Part shown: piece after piece, positions 18,714-29,267 of the stretch
How positions within the stretch are numbered: position 1 is the first letter of the stretch
Layout of the letters: each line of letters begins with the position of its first letter
Origin: an uncultured Candidatus Sumerlaeota bacterium
GTDB taxonomy: Bacteria; Sumerlaeota; Sumerlaeia; SLMS01
Direction: 5' to 3'
NCBI GenBank assembly: GCA_964437365.1
Contig: CAYTGM010000021.1
Span: 2,522 to 66,521 of the forward strand
Length of the DNA: 64,000 bases
Notes under the pieces: generated by a model
Seen by the model: the letters and a program-made list of their open reading frames with translations, nothing else
Database searches by the model: none
Told to the model about the DNA's origin: nothing
Program-made: the position numbers and the translations under genes

Positions 18714-20708
18714 ATGATTAAATCATGGATCCAGAGTTCAAGGTATCTTCTTTCGCTATCGTTCCTTCTCGCCATCCCAGAATTCCTGGCAGCACAAATG
18801 ACCTGGCAGGAAATTCTACCCACCCCTCAAAGCGTTGAAGAAAAATCCGAAACTATTGATCTCAGAAGACTCTCTGGAATCGAAGTCAGTGAGCCCCTTC
18901 ACGGGCAGGAGTTCAATGCTCTGAAAAGACTTCAGCAGGATTTCGATGATAAGCTGGAAATTAAACTCCCTTACATGGGCCTCCTTATGGAGGAAAGAGT
19001 CAGCCCCACTATTAAGCTCTCCAAAGTTCCACCAATGGCGAATGAAGAAGGTTTTCGAGATGTCTATAAACTGATAGTCAATCATGAAGGGGTCCTCATC
19101 GAAGCTGATACGCCAGTCGGTCTCTTTTATGGTCTTCAAACTTTGAGACAGGCTGTCCGTCTTGCAGCTGCCGAGGAAACATATCTGATACCTCATGGAA
19201 CGATTGAAGATGGATCGGAGTTTCAGTATCGTGGCTTTTATCATGATATATCACGAGGGAAAGTCCCCACCATTGAAACTTTGAAAGAACTTATCGACCT
19301 GCTTGCCCTGAACAAAGCAAACATGTTCCAGCTCTATATTGAACACCCCTTCCTCTTTCCCTTTAACAATCGAATCGCCCAAAATCCCGACGGACTGACA
19401 CCACAAGACATTCGGGAACTGGATCTTTATTGTAAAGAACAGCGCATCGAATTTGTTCCTTCACTGCAATCATTCGGGCACATGGGTGGAGCACTGTCAC
19501 TGCCAGAGTATCGCCATTTGGCTGATATAGAACTTGAAGGAAATTGGGAAGATTTAAGCTGGAATGATCGAATGACCGGCGCCACACTCGATGTCACGAA
19601 CCCCGATGCTCTGGAATTGATGGAGAAGATGCACCGCAGCTATACGGCGCTGTTTACCTCTGACTTTGTCAATGTCTGCGCTGATGAAACGTACCATCTT
19701 GGGCGGGGAAAAGCTCTCCCGGTAGCAGAAGAAATTGGGGTTGGTCGTCTTTACCTCCGACACATGAAATGGCTTAACGATCTTTCCCACCAGATGGGAA
19801 AACGAATGATGTTCTGGGGCGACATTGTGAAGAAACACGAGGACCTTGTCTCAGAGATTCCAAAAGATGCGATTCTTCTTAACTGGGGATACTGGGCGAA
19901 AACGAACTTTGAAAGTACGAAGCTCTTTGCTGATGCTGGCCTGGACTTCTTCGTCTGTCCAGGGACCAGCGGTTGGAATCGTCTGATTAACGGTATACAC
20001 AACGCCGAGATTAATATCCGAAAATACGCTGAAACAGGCAAGAAATATGGTGCCATGGGGCTCCTCAATACGGACTGGGGAGATCACGGTCATTTCAACC
20101 CCCTCGGCGGATCACTCCATGGTATTATTCTGGGAACTTCTGTTGCCTGGAACCCGGAAACAATTGCTCCCGAAGAGTACGATATTGCCTGGGAGAAACA
20201 GGTCTTCGGCAGGGGAGGAGAACAGATCGCTGAAGGGTTACGCCTTCTTGACAGCTCAACTGAATTCAGGGAGACGTGGATTAAAACTTATGCCCCGATA
20301 GACGGTGAGAAACGCTTCACCCCCCTCACAAAAGAAGATGGGGATAGCCTTGTCAAAAATGGCAAACAAGCTGAGGCAATCTTTCAGGAAACGTTGAACA
20401 CTCTTCAGGAGGAAGACCAGCGAAGAGCTGTTGAAGAGTATCTCCACTCAGCGAAAATGCACCAGTTGCTCGGCGAGAAGACTCTCCTGGTGCACCGTTG
20501 GAAAGAGTCCGGTTCAGACCTTTCAGATGAACTCAAGGACGAAGCGCGCCTCTGGATACGCAAGAGCAGAACGTTAATGAACGAGTATCAGCAAATCTGG
20601 ATGGCAAGAAATCGATACTCCGAATTCGACGATCTCATGGAGATTATGAATAGACTTTACGAACAGATCGATGAATTTATTATCAGCGTCGGGAATGAAG
20701 CAGGATAA
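18714..20708 (+). CDS. GH20 family beta-N-acetylhexosaminidase
   Basis: GH20b N-domain (GLFYGLQTLRQ), RGFYHDISRG, SFGHM, catalytic ADE, MMFWGD; signal peptide. Confidence 0.88.
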   Translation: MIKSWIQSSRYLLSLSFLLAIPEFLAAQMTWQEILPTPQSVEEKSETIDLRRLSGIEVSEPLHGQEFNALKRLQQDFDDKLEIKLPYMGLLMEERVSPTIKLSKVPPMANEEGFRDVYKLIVNHEGVLIEADTPVGLFYGLQTLRQAVRLAAAEETYLIPHGTIEDGSEFQYRGFYHDISRGKVPTIETLKELIDLLALNKANMFQLYIEHPFLFPFNNRIAQNPDGLTPQDIRELDLYCKEQRIEFVPSLQSFGHMGGALSLPEYRHLADIELEGNWEDLSWNDRMTGATLDVTNPDALELMEKMHRSYTALFTSDFVNVCADETYHLGRGKALPVAEEIGVGRLYLRHMKWLNDLSHQMGKRMMFWGDIVKKHEDLVSEIPKDAILLNWGYWAKTNFESTKLFADAGLDFFVCPGTSGWNRLINGIHNAEINIRKYAETGKKYGAMGLLNTDWGDHGHFNPLGGSLHGIILGTSVAWNPETIAPEEYDIAWEKQVFGRGGEQIAEGLRLLDSSTEFRETWIKTYAPIDGEKRFTPLTKEDGDSLVKNGKQAEAIFQETLNTLQEEDQRRAVEEYLHSAKMHQLLGEKTLLVHRWKESGSDLSDELKDEARLWIRKSRTLMNEYQQIWMARNRYSEFDDLMEIMNRLYEQIDEFIISVGNEAG

Positions 20709-20907
20709 GCTCTTGCCCAGAGTGGTTACCAAAATTAATCTCCGAATAGATGGTGAGCGAGAGTGAACCGTTTAGGATTCTGAAAACATAGGAATAGGAG
20801 TTCTATTTCTAGGCTTTCAGGATGCTGAAGAGAGTGCTCGCAGCCAGCTTATATCGAACAGGAATTTTGACAGACACTCTAAGATCATTTTTTCACGGAA
20901 CCTGAAT

Positions 20908-21750
20908 TTGAAAACACACGTTAAACTCTTCCTTATCGTACTCTTATCCCTCTCAACCAACCTCTTCGCGCAGGGTATTTCCCGCCATGATCCAGGTCCA
21001 TGGACCGTCTTTCGTGATGAATGTGACGTCTATACAACCTCTACACTCGAAGGAGAGGTTACTGGCCGCCTCGAGATTGGTACCTCGATTGAAGGCACCT
21101 TTCTGGAAACCGAGGATGGTCTTGAATGGCTCGAGATATCAGCTGAAGGTCAGGATTTCTATATATGTCGCAACTGGCTCCATCGAGTTCACCCCGCAAA
21201 CCGGCAGGAAGGAAACCTGAGAATTGGTAGTGAAATTGTCAACCGCTGGTGGGGACTGCCTCTCGATTATGAAGCCGATGATCTTGTTGAAGTTGATTCG
21301 AAATACGGGAGGCGGGGGAGAAGCTACACTCTTAGAAAACCCGCCGCAGAAGCAATCACTGAAATGTTCGAAGCAGCACTCGCTGAGGGAGTTGATATTC
21401 GCATTACTTCAGCCTACCGATCCGGAGACACACAGAAAAGAATCTATACAAGAAATGTGACCAGAAACCCCTACCAGAGAAGCAGCGCGCCACCGGGGCA
21501 TAGTGAACACCAGCTGGGACTGACCGTTGATCTTGTGGATCCCGAAGGAGAGTATTCTTTCAGCCGGGAATTTGATCAGACGCCCCAGGGGAAGTGGCTT
21601 GAAGAAAACGCCTGGAAATATGGCTTCGTCCGCACATATTATCCTCATAACGTGGAAGAGACGGGGTATATATCAGAACCCTGGCACTGGCGATACTACG
21701 GAAAAGAACTCGCAAAAGAGTTTCGTGAAAATGAACATCATCTTCCCTGA
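20908..21750 (+). CDS. M15B D-Ala-D-Ala carboxypeptidase (VanY-like) with N-terminal SH3-like domain
   Basis: SAYRS, PPGHSEHQLGLTVD, EPWHWRY. Confidence 0.9.
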   Translation: MKTHVKLFLIVLLSLSTNLFAQGISRHDPGPWTVFRDECDVYTTSTLEGEVTGRLEIGTSIEGTFLETEDGLEWLEISAEGQDFYICRNWLHRVHPANRQEGNLRIGSEIVNRWWGLPLDYEADDLVEVDSKYGRRGRSYTLRKPAAEAITEMFEAALAEGVDIRITSAYRSGDTQKRIYTRNVTRNPYQRSSAPPGHSEHQLGLTVDLVDPEGEYSFSREFDQTPQGKWLEENAWKYGFVRTYYPHNVEETGYISEPWHWRYYGKELAKEFRENEHHLP

Positions 21751-21758
21751 AGAATACA

Positions 21759-22685
21759 TCAGGGCCTGAATACGACGAAATTCTCCTGGTTGATTGCGCT
21801 CTCACCGCTCCAACGGTAGGCACATAGATAGCCTCCCTTGGCAATACTGTAGTCGATACAGGCTACATTCTCCGCAAGGGGTTGAGGTTCGCGATCCCTT
21901 AACCAGTAATGTCCGATAAAAAGGGGCGGCGCGTCGGCTGGGTAGGTGAGATGATTCTCCAGGGCCCCTTCTTCAATCATCAGATCAGGAACACCGGGGA
22001 CAGCGGGAAACGCAAAGTCTCTATACGTTATCTCAGATGCATGCATATACCAGCGTGTGCGAATCTTTGATCTCATATGTCCTTCCTTGTCAGGGTATTT
22101 CACACCATCTGGCAGTTCAACTTCTTTGCCTTTTAAGAGTGTTTCAATGAGCTGAAAATAAGGATGATCCTCGCGGGACGCGCTGATCAGAAACTCATCT
22201 GTGATTCCGGTTTCATCTATTTTCATTTCTTGGAGCAGTTGGATAGAAGACGGATCCCACACCGCATGTACGGCTCGTAACTGCTCTGAGTCGTAGAAAA
22301 AGGGGAGGGAACGAAACCATTGAAGATACTCATCCAGAAGGGCGGGGGAGAGCTGTTCCAGTGTCTCCAGGTGCTGCTTCGTGGTTCGTTTACACCTTGG
22401 ACGAAGATAGGAACCTTTGAATTCAGGGTCTGGGAAGTGATAAGCGAGGGCGTTCCATTCATGGTTTCCAAGCAGAGCGATGGCGTTCCGTGATTCGACC
22501 ATGGAGCGAACAATCTCAAGGGTTCGGGGGATGTCGGGACCTCGATCAATGTAATCGCCCAAAAAGATCACACGTCTTCCATCTGGATGTTGATAGCCAC
22601 TCCCCTTCCTTTCGTAGTGAAGTTCACTGAGAAGTCGTTCTAGAGGGCCTGCGTGGCCATGGATATCGCCGATGAGATCAAACAT
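21759..22685 (-). CDS. Calcineurin-like metallophosphoesterase (ApaH/PrpE-like)
   Basis: GDIHGH, GDYIDRG, GNHE, GHYW, CIDYS. Confidence 0.9.
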   Translation of the reverse strand: MFDLIGDIHGHAGPLERLLSELHYERKGSGYQHPDGRRVIFLGDYIDRGPDIPRTLEIVRSMVESRNAIALLGNHEWNALAYHFPDPEFKGSYLRPRCKRTTKQHLETLEQLSPALLDEYLQWFRSLPFFYDSEQLRAVHAVWDPSSIQLLQEMKIDETGITDEFLISASREDHPYFQLIETLLKGKEVELPDGVKYPDKEGHMRSKIRTRWYMHASEITYRDFAFPAVPGVPDLMIEEGALENHLTYPADAPPLFIGHYWLRDREPQPLAENVACIDYSIAKGGYLCAYRWSGESAINQENFVVFRP

Positions 22686-22781
22686 TGCTCAATTCCAGAT
22701 TGAAAGGTCTCTTCTCTAAGAGAACGAACCCCAAGAGAGGGTTAGAGGGATCTAAGAGTCAAGCACTGGCGTTCTCTCCCG

Positions 22782-22846
22782 ATGACCGACGTCTGACGGA
22801 CGTCTTATCTACGTCTTACCTACGTCTTGAGTCATCCGTCAGACGT
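22782..22846. repeat. Dispersed repeat copy 1: phased ACGTCT units inside a 12-bp inverted repeat
   Basis: 22782-22831 is identical to 36180-36229. Inverted repeat acgtctgacgga (22789-22800) / tccgtcagacgt (22835-22846). Confidence 0.9.
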
Positions 22847-23372
22847 AGGAGAGTTAAAGGGAAGACATGAGTGCCCCCATGAGGATTGTTTAAATGTCAT
22901 GTTTCAAGACCTTTCGGCCAGTGTCGGAGCTCCCTGAAGAGCTCTTGCTCAATAAAGCCATTTTCTAATTCTTTATGTGGAATAGAAGGGATAGAGGGTA
23001 CTCCCGTTGACAGCAAAAGCTGAAAGCAAGGTAACTCTCTTCCGCATACCGACGCCTCAAGAATCACGCTGGCTCCTTCCCTTGCTACGGAGGGTAAAGT
23101 TGAAGCCGCCTGACAGTGAGACGCGGGTTGATGAGGATGCTGTGAAGAGCTCTGCAGGAAATGCTGTAGAGTTGGTGGTAGGGGCTTTGGGTATTTAAAT
23201 TCTTTTCCTGGATATGTTGAGGGTGTTTGATTGGGTTTAGAGTGTGTGTTTTTGTGTTGGGTGAGTTGTGTGGTGTGTTTTCTCTGGTGCGTGCGGGGGG
23301 CGTTTTTTCGGGGTGGGGGTTTTGGGTTAAATCTTTATTTAACGAACATAAGGCGGCGGCAATAATTCCAAC

Positions 23373-24470
23373 ATGCAGCACCCCATCATCACCATTACAC
23401 CCCATCTACCACCCAAAAGCTCAGGCGTCGCTGACTATGCTTTCGCTATCGCCCAGGAACTCAGAAAACAGTACCAGCGGGAAACGGTCTTTATAACTCT
23501 CAAGCGAGACGGGGAAGAGGGTGACCATTGCGAGGGATTTCCAGTCCACAGAGTAGGGCAGAAGGCGGATGAACTTGCCCAGGTCCTCAGCACTTTCCAA
23601 AATGCTCCCATCTATCTCCATTATTCCGGCTATGGATATCATCAGAGAGGCTGTCCCCAATGGCTCCTTCAGGGAATTGAGAATGCCGTCGGAAAAAGTT
23701 CTCCACCAGGACTCATGACAATGTTTCATGAAGTCTCGGCGGATGACTCTCCCCCATGGACGAAAGCCTTCTGGTTTCTAAGGAAACAGCAACGCATCGC
23801 GAAAGGTCTCGCAAAACTGAGTACCTTTTGTCTCGCGAATACGTCTTCCAATTGCGGACTTGTGAAAGAAAAAGATGAGTCAAAAGTAGAAGGAAAAAAT
23901 CTCTTCACAATTCCAGTTTTTTCAACCGTTGGCGAAAGCGCTCGATTTATTCCCTTCGATGAACGTGAAAGAAAAATGATCATCTTCGGCGCAAAGAAGT
24001 GGAGAGAGCAGATGTATCAAAGACATGGGAGAGCTTTGAATACGTTCTGCAAGAAGATGTCTATCAGTGAGGTTGTGGATATCGGAAGTCCTGTTGAGAA
24101 TATATCATCATATACAGGTGATCTCCCGATCCAGGAGTTGGGAAGGCTGCCCGCGGAGGAGATCCACAGCTGGATGGAGAAAGCCATGTTTGCCGCAAGT
24201 TCCTACCCTTTATTCTGCCTTGGAAAGTCGACGATCTTTGCCAGCTATGCAGCTCATGGCCTTGTAACAGTGCTGGGGGATGAAAGTTCCAGTTTAAGCG
24301 AGGGGCTCCAAGAAGGAAGAGACGTGATCATGCTTAACTCTCCCCCACAGCAAACAAATGACGAAGATCTGGAGAAGGTAGGACGACAGCTCTTTCAATG
24401 GTATCAGGATCACAAGCTGAATGAACAGGTGCGACAACTTGAAGAATTGGCGGTACGGTTGACTCAATGA
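23373..24470 (+). CDS. Glycosyltransferase (GT-B fold, family 1/4-like)
   Basis: GVADYA, HYSGYGY..RGCP, TMFHE, PVFSTVGE, KSTIFASYAAHG. Confidence 0.75.
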   Translation: MQHPIITITPHLPPKSSGVADYAFAIAQELRKQYQRETVFITLKRDGEEGDHCEGFPVHRVGQKADELAQVLSTFQNAPIYLHYSGYGYHQRGCPQWLLQGIENAVGKSSPPGLMTMFHEVSADDSPPWTKAFWFLRKQQRIAKGLAKLSTFCLANTSSNCGLVKEKDESKVEGKNLFTIPVFSTVGESARFIPFDERERKMIIFGAKKWREQMYQRHGRALNTFCKKMSISEVVDIGSPVENISSYTGDLPIQELGRLPAEEIHSWMEKAMFAASSYPLFCLGKSTIFASYAAHGLVTVLGDESSSLSEGLQEGRDVIMLNSPPQQTNDEDLEKVGRQLFQWYQDHKLNEQVRQLEELAVRLTQ

Positions 24471-25504
24471 GAGTTCTCTTCTATACAGAGGTGTTTCATC
24501 CGAGCATCGGTGGGCTGGAACGAATTGTCGAGAATCTTGCAGCGGAATTTCATCGCGCCGGCCATGAAGTAAGAGTGGTCACGCAAACGCCTTCAGATGA
24601 AGAGGAACCTTTTGAGTTTCCTGTCTATAGAAACCCCTCGAGAAAAGAATATTTTGAGCTCTTCCGCTGGTGCGAGTTCTACTTTCAGGGAGGGGTGAGC
24701 CTGAAGGCGCTTTGGCCCTTTCTTTTCGTTCACAGAAAGTACGGCATTCATCATCCGATTTTCTATCCCAATCCAATCAGAAAACCTACCTTCAAGAGGA
24801 AGACACTGGGTTGGATGAAACGCATGGTCTCGAGGATGGCCGATCTCAATGTCTCTCCCAGCGATGTTGTGGCGACTGCGTTGAACACGCATGGAGTTGT
24901 CATCCCTAATTTCTACGATGATGACCAGTTTTACTGTGATGACTCGGTGAAAAAAGACCGAGATATTGTTTACCTCGGCAGGCTCGTTTCCGAGAAAGGC
25001 GTCGACTTGCTTTGCGAAGCTTTGTTGACTTTAAAGATCGAGATGGACCTGAGGCCTTCTGTAACAATTATTGGTCAGGGACCAGAAGAACCAGCTTTGA
25101 AGGAGTTTGCGGCAACCCACGACCTGGAGTCTCAGATCTCTTTTCTCGGTCCCATGCGGGGCGAAGCGTTGACTCAGGCACTGAATCGTCATCAAATCAT
25201 TGTTGTTCCTTCTCGTGTTCCTGAAACTTTTGGAATTGTGGCTCTGGAAGGTATTGCCTGTGGATGTATTCCCGTGGTGTCAAATCACGGAGGCCTTCCT
25301 CAGGCTGTTGGTAACTGCGGCTTAGCCTTTGAAAAAGGGAACGTGACTTCTCTTGCACAAAAACTAAAGTCGCTGCTACAAGATAATCAGTATCAGGGTG
25401 AGTTTCGAAGTTACTTTGAAGACCATCTTGATCGTCACAGGAAACGCGTTGTCGCGGAGAAGTATATACAACATGCAGAAGATATTTTGAAGGGTTCCCA
25501 TTGA
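24467..25504 (+). CDS. GT4 family glycosyltransferase
   Basis: FHPSIGGLE, GRLVSEKG, ETFGIVALEGIACG. Confidence 0.9.
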   Translation: MRVLFYTEVFHPSIGGLERIVENLAAEFHRAGHEVRVVTQTPSDEEEPFEFPVYRNPSRKEYFELFRWCEFYFQGGVSLKALWPFLFVHRKYGIHHPIFYPNPIRKPTFKRKTLGWMKRMVSRMADLNVSPSDVVATALNTHGVVIPNFYDDDQFYCDDSVKKDRDIVYLGRLVSEKGVDLLCEALLTLKIEMDLRPSVTIIGQGPEEPALKEFAATHDLESQISFLGPMRGEALTQALNRHQIIVVPSRVPETFGIVALEGIACGCIPVVSNHGGLPQAVGNCGLAFEKGNVTSLAQKLKSLLQDNQYQGEFRSYFEDHLDRHRKRVVAEKYIQHAEDILKGSH

Positions 25505-26877
25505 TTACCGACTGGCGTTTCATCATTAAACTGGTTCTGTATGTTTCCGTTTTCGAGGGAGCATTAAGAAAGTGGTTTGTTCCAGGTTTGAAGGATATTC
25601 TGTATTTTGCGAAGGATATCATTCTAGTCTATGGATACTTTTTATTTTTCGCCAAGGTAAAGTCGCCGAAGCTTGAAAGTATCTATGAGCCGATCAAACC
25701 ATTCATTCCACTCGTGCTCGTCTTCCTTGGTCTCCAGGTTTTCAACCCTGTGATGTCGCTTCCTCCACTAGGTTTGTTTGGTCTGAAGAATTACCTTCTT
25801 TATGTACCTCTGATCATTGTAGTCCCCCACCTTTTCAGATCCAAAGGTGAACTGGTTCAGTATCTGACATATTTTCTGTACTTGATGATCCCTTTGGGTA
25901 TCCTGGGATTCGTTCAGTACAGATCACCTCAAGGTGCATGGATTAATAAGTATGTTGCCGAGGAAGCGATCACGGTTGCCTATAAGGGCAAAGTAAGGAT
26001 TGTTGGACCTTTTTCCTACATCGGTGGCTATACAGCCTTTCTCTCTTTTATCTTCACTCTTGCCATCGCTCTGCTCACTGCCCACGAACATACCTTCAAG
26101 CAGAAAATGGTTCTTTATGCCTGTGTGGGCTTGTGTCTGGTTAACATGCTGATGACAGGATCGCGAGGAGTGGTCTTTTCATCCATACTTGTACTCTTTA
26201 TTTATCTTGCCGTGCAGTTTGTTTTCAGCCCTGTGATGATTGGGAAGCTGTTGCCGAAAGTTGTGCTTGGCGGCTTTCTTGCCTTAGTCGTAGTGGTTAG
26301 AACAGCAGCTTTTGAAACTTTCGTCGATCGCGTGATGACTACGAGAACAGAGAGTGATGGTCGATTGAGTCCCACAAAAATCGCCATGCAGTTCATAGAC
26401 CTTGGCCGCTACGATCAACCCTTCGGGTATGGAATTGGGACCGGTCACCAGGCGGCGTATGGTTTGGTCAGCAAACTGGGTTTAAGGTTGAAGACTGTTC
26501 CTCCAAAACTGGAGAACGAAACTGATCGTATTCTTGTTGAAATAGGACCACTTGGGTTCTTGATCTGGTACGGCATGAGAGTCGCCCTGCTCTTTGTCTT
26601 ATTCAATGCATTCCTCAGACTTAAATCTACAGTGCTCAGGAACCTTGCTCTTGCCGCTTTTGCTCACCAATTGCTCCTGATACATGGTCAGGTTGTTTTT
26701 CATCACAATTCAAACCTGAACTACTGGTTTCTGGCGGGGCTCGCTGGTTCTGCCATGAGAATTCAACGGAATGCTCAGAAGAAGGTTCAGTACTATATGC
26801 TGGTCAATCAGGAAGAGATACAGCCTGGTTCCTTTTCAGCACCCCAACCCAGTCATCGCAGTCCAAAGACACTTTAA
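25501..26877 (+). CDS. Polytopic membrane protein, Wzy/O-antigen ligase-like polymerase
   Basis: About 10 TM segments, EGALRKW, TGSRG, GYGIG, EIGPLG; embedded in the GT operon. Confidence 0.7.
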   Translation: MITDWRFIIKLVLYVSVFEGALRKWFVPGLKDILYFAKDIILVYGYFLFFAKVKSPKLESIYEPIKPFIPLVLVFLGLQVFNPVMSLPPLGLFGLKNYLLYVPLIIVVPHLFRSKGELVQYLTYFLYLMIPLGILGFVQYRSPQGAWINKYVAEEAITVAYKGKVRIVGPFSYIGGYTAFLSFIFTLAIALLTAHEHTFKQKMVLYACVGLCLVNMLMTGSRGVVFSSILVLFIYLAVQFVFSPVMIGKLLPKVVLGGFLALVVVVRTAAFETFVDRVMTTRTESDGRLSPTKIAMQFIDLGRYDQPFGYGIGTGHQAAYGLVSKLGLRLKTVPPKLENETDRILVEIGPLGFLIWYGMRVALLFVLFNAFLRLKSTVLRNLALAAFAHQLLLIHGQVVFHHNSNLNYWFLAGLAGSAMRIQRNAQKKVQYYMLVNQEEIQPGSFSAPQPSHRSPKTL

Positions 26878-26903
26878 ACCCTGATCTATACAATCATTAT
26901 TCT

Positions 26904-28151
26904 ATGACTCCATCCCATCTATCCATCTCTCACTTCACGGGAAATCCAAATTCCCGACATGCTGCAATGTCTATCTATGAGGCAGGACTTCTGAAAGAAG
27001 TGATTTCAACGACTGCTTTCCGAAACACAGAAGACCTGAAGGTTGCGCGGCTCCTTGGCAAGAAGATGATGAGTCACCTGGGAAGACGGAGCTGGGACCT
27101 GCCTTCTGACGCTGGTTTCTCTTCCTATCCAGGTCGGGATATGTATCATACATTCGTCAAAAAGGCAAAACTCGAAGCATTATTTGGTCTGGATTCCAGA
27201 CTTATACTTCAAAAAGAGTTCAGATGGTTTGATGAGAAAGTCGCAAAGAACCATCTCAGGGGGATAGAGGCCTTCTACGGTTACGAAGATACATCAGCTA
27301 CAACGTTCGAGGCGGCAAAGAGAAAAGGGATGAAGTGTCTATATGACCTTCCGATTATGTATCATCAAACCAGCCGTAGAATCCTGACGGAAGAAGCAGA
27401 ACTGTTTCCTGAATTCAAGAACAGTCTGTCCGCTGCCGTTGAGCCTCAATGGAGGATTGATCGCAAGGAACAGGAACTCGAGCTTGCCGATCATATCTTC
27501 GTCGCTTCGACCATTACGAACAACTCCTTGCTCGAAATTGGTGTACCTCAGGATAGAATCACGGTTATTCCTTATGGTTCTCCCTGCGAATACTATAAGG
27601 TCTACAAGAAAAAAGATACCACGTTTAGAGCCATGTTTGCAGGCTTGAATGGCGCCCGTAAAGGTATCCATTATCTGATGCGGGCCTGGAAAGAACTGAA
27701 GCTCAAAGATTCAGAACTCATGCTTGTTGGCGGCGTTCAGTTTCCAGAGGACTGGTTCCGAAAGAATCTCGATGGAATAAACTATATACAAAATGTTCCT
27801 CATAAACTCCTGAATCGCTATTATTGTCAGGCCAGTGTGTTTGTCTTTCCCTCACTTGTCGAAGGCTTCGGCATGGTTCTTCTTGAAGCCATGGCCTGCG
27901 GTTTACCTATTATCGCAACACCAAATACAGCCGGTCCAGATCTCATTGAAGATGGAAAAGAAGGATTTATCATTCCAATACGCGATGTGGAAGCTTTGAA
28001 AGAGAAACTTGAATGGTGTTCAGAAAACCCAGAAGCGCTCAGAGAGATGGGCAAGGCAGCCCGGCGCAAAGCTAAACAGCTCACCTGGCAGAAATACCGA
28101 GATGAACTCGGCGCCAGAATCACATCCATTATGAGTCACTCTAAGGTCTAG
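26904..28151 (+). CDS. GT4 family glycosyltransferase
   Basis: RKGIHYL, FPSLVEGFGMVLLEAMACGLP. Confidence 0.9.
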   Translation: MTPSHLSISHFTGNPNSRHAAMSIYEAGLLKEVISTTAFRNTEDLKVARLLGKKMMSHLGRRSWDLPSDAGFSSYPGRDMYHTFVKKAKLEALFGLDSRLILQKEFRWFDEKVAKNHLRGIEAFYGYEDTSATTFEAAKRKGMKCLYDLPIMYHQTSRRILTEEAELFPEFKNSLSAAVEPQWRIDRKEQELELADHIFVASTITNNSLLEIGVPQDRITVIPYGSPCEYYKVYKKKDTTFRAMFAGLNGARKGIHYLMRAWKELKLKDSELMLVGGVQFPEDWFRKNLDGINYIQNVPHKLLNRYYCQASVFVFPSLVEGFGMVLLEAMACGLPIIATPNTAGPDLIEDGKEGFIIPIRDVEALKEKLEWCSENPEALREMGKAARRKAKQLTWQKYRDELGARITSIMSHSKV

Positions 28152-28169
28152 TCGCAGGTATATATAATT

Positions 28170-29267
28170 ATGAAAATTATTGCAATCATGCCTGAACTTG
28201 GCAAACCGGGTGGAGTCCAGAGAGTCTCGCGTCAGATATGCGATGCAATAAGCCGATATTCTCATGAAAATAAGCACAAGTTCAAGATCTATAGCTTGAA
28301 TGATCCTGCTGATACTGGCAGTTTCGAAGTATCAGACCAGACGGTACGGTACACAGGATTTGAACGGAACAAGTTCGCTCTCTGGAAGAAGGCCTTGAGC
28401 GAAGCTGCATCAACAGATTTCGCCTTTATTGGCCACCCTTATCTGTCTCTCATTGGCCTTTCCATGAAAATGCGCAAACCGAGTCTTCGCTATGGTGTGC
28501 ATACATACGGAATCGAAGTGTGGGAACCGATGCTCTTCCATCGACAGGTAGGTATGCGATTCGCCCATGTTATCACAAATACAAGCGACTATACAGCCGA
28601 GGAAATGGTGCATCAGCAGGGAATGCTGAACTCTCCAAAACTGGTGACTCTCTATCCTGCTCTTGACCCGAAGTTTACTCATGAAAATGAAGATAACAGA
28701 ATCCATGAAGCAAAGGGACATTACTTTCTCACAGTCGCCCGACTTTCTGTAACTGAGAGGCGTAAACACTTCGAAGAAGCCATCAAAGCATTCGGTTTGT
28801 TCTCCAAAGATAATCCGGAATGGGAGTACAAGATTGTCGGCGATGGAGATTACGTTCCAAAACTCAAAGAAATAGCCAGAGACGCAGGCGTCGAAGATAA
28901 GGTCATCTTTACAGGACGAGTCTCAGATGAAGAAATGAGAACGCTCTATCAGGGATGTCGAGCCTTCGTACTGCCCAGTGGTAAAGAAGGGTTCGGAATC
29001 GTCTTCGTAGAAGCGATGATATACGGCAAGATTGGAATCGGTGGAAACCAGGGAGGTACTCCCGAGATTTTCCGCGATGGAGAAGAAGGCTTTCTGGTTA
29101 AACCTGGAAGTGTTGAAGAAATCTATCACGCCATGTGCAAATGTAAAGATGAAGAAAAGCTCCAGGAAATGGGGCACCGAGCTATCAAGAGGGTACATGA
29201 CCACTTTCTCTATGAAAGACTTGTTAAGACAGTTTATGAAACTCTGGATGAGGCTCTTAAAACATGA
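28170..29267 (+). CDS. GT4 family glycosyltransferase
   Basis: PGGVQR, LPSGKEGFGIVFVEAM. Confidence 0.9.
   Translation: MKIIAIMPELGKPGGVQRVSRQICDAISRYSHENKHKFKIYSLNDPADTGSFEVSDQTVRYTGFERNKFALWKKALSEAASTDFAFIGHPYLSLIGLSMKMRKPSLRYGVHTYGIEVWEPMLFHRQVGMRFAHVITNTSDYTAEEMVHQQGMLNSPKLVTLYPALDPKFTHENEDNRIHEAKGHYFLTVARLSVTERRKHFEEAIKAFGLFSKDNPEWEYKIVGDGDYVPKLKEIARDAGVEDKVIFTGRVSDEEMRTLYQGCRAFVLPSGKEGFGIVFVEAMIYGKIGIGGNQGGTPEIFRDGEEGFLVKPGSVEEIYHAMCKCKDEEKLQEMGHRAIKRVHDHFLYERLVKTVYETLDEALKT

Noticed and set aside
23085-23496. ORFs 23085-23405 (-) and 23227-23496 (+)
   Set aside because: By-products of the low-complexity G/T tract, with biased, unrecognisable translations.
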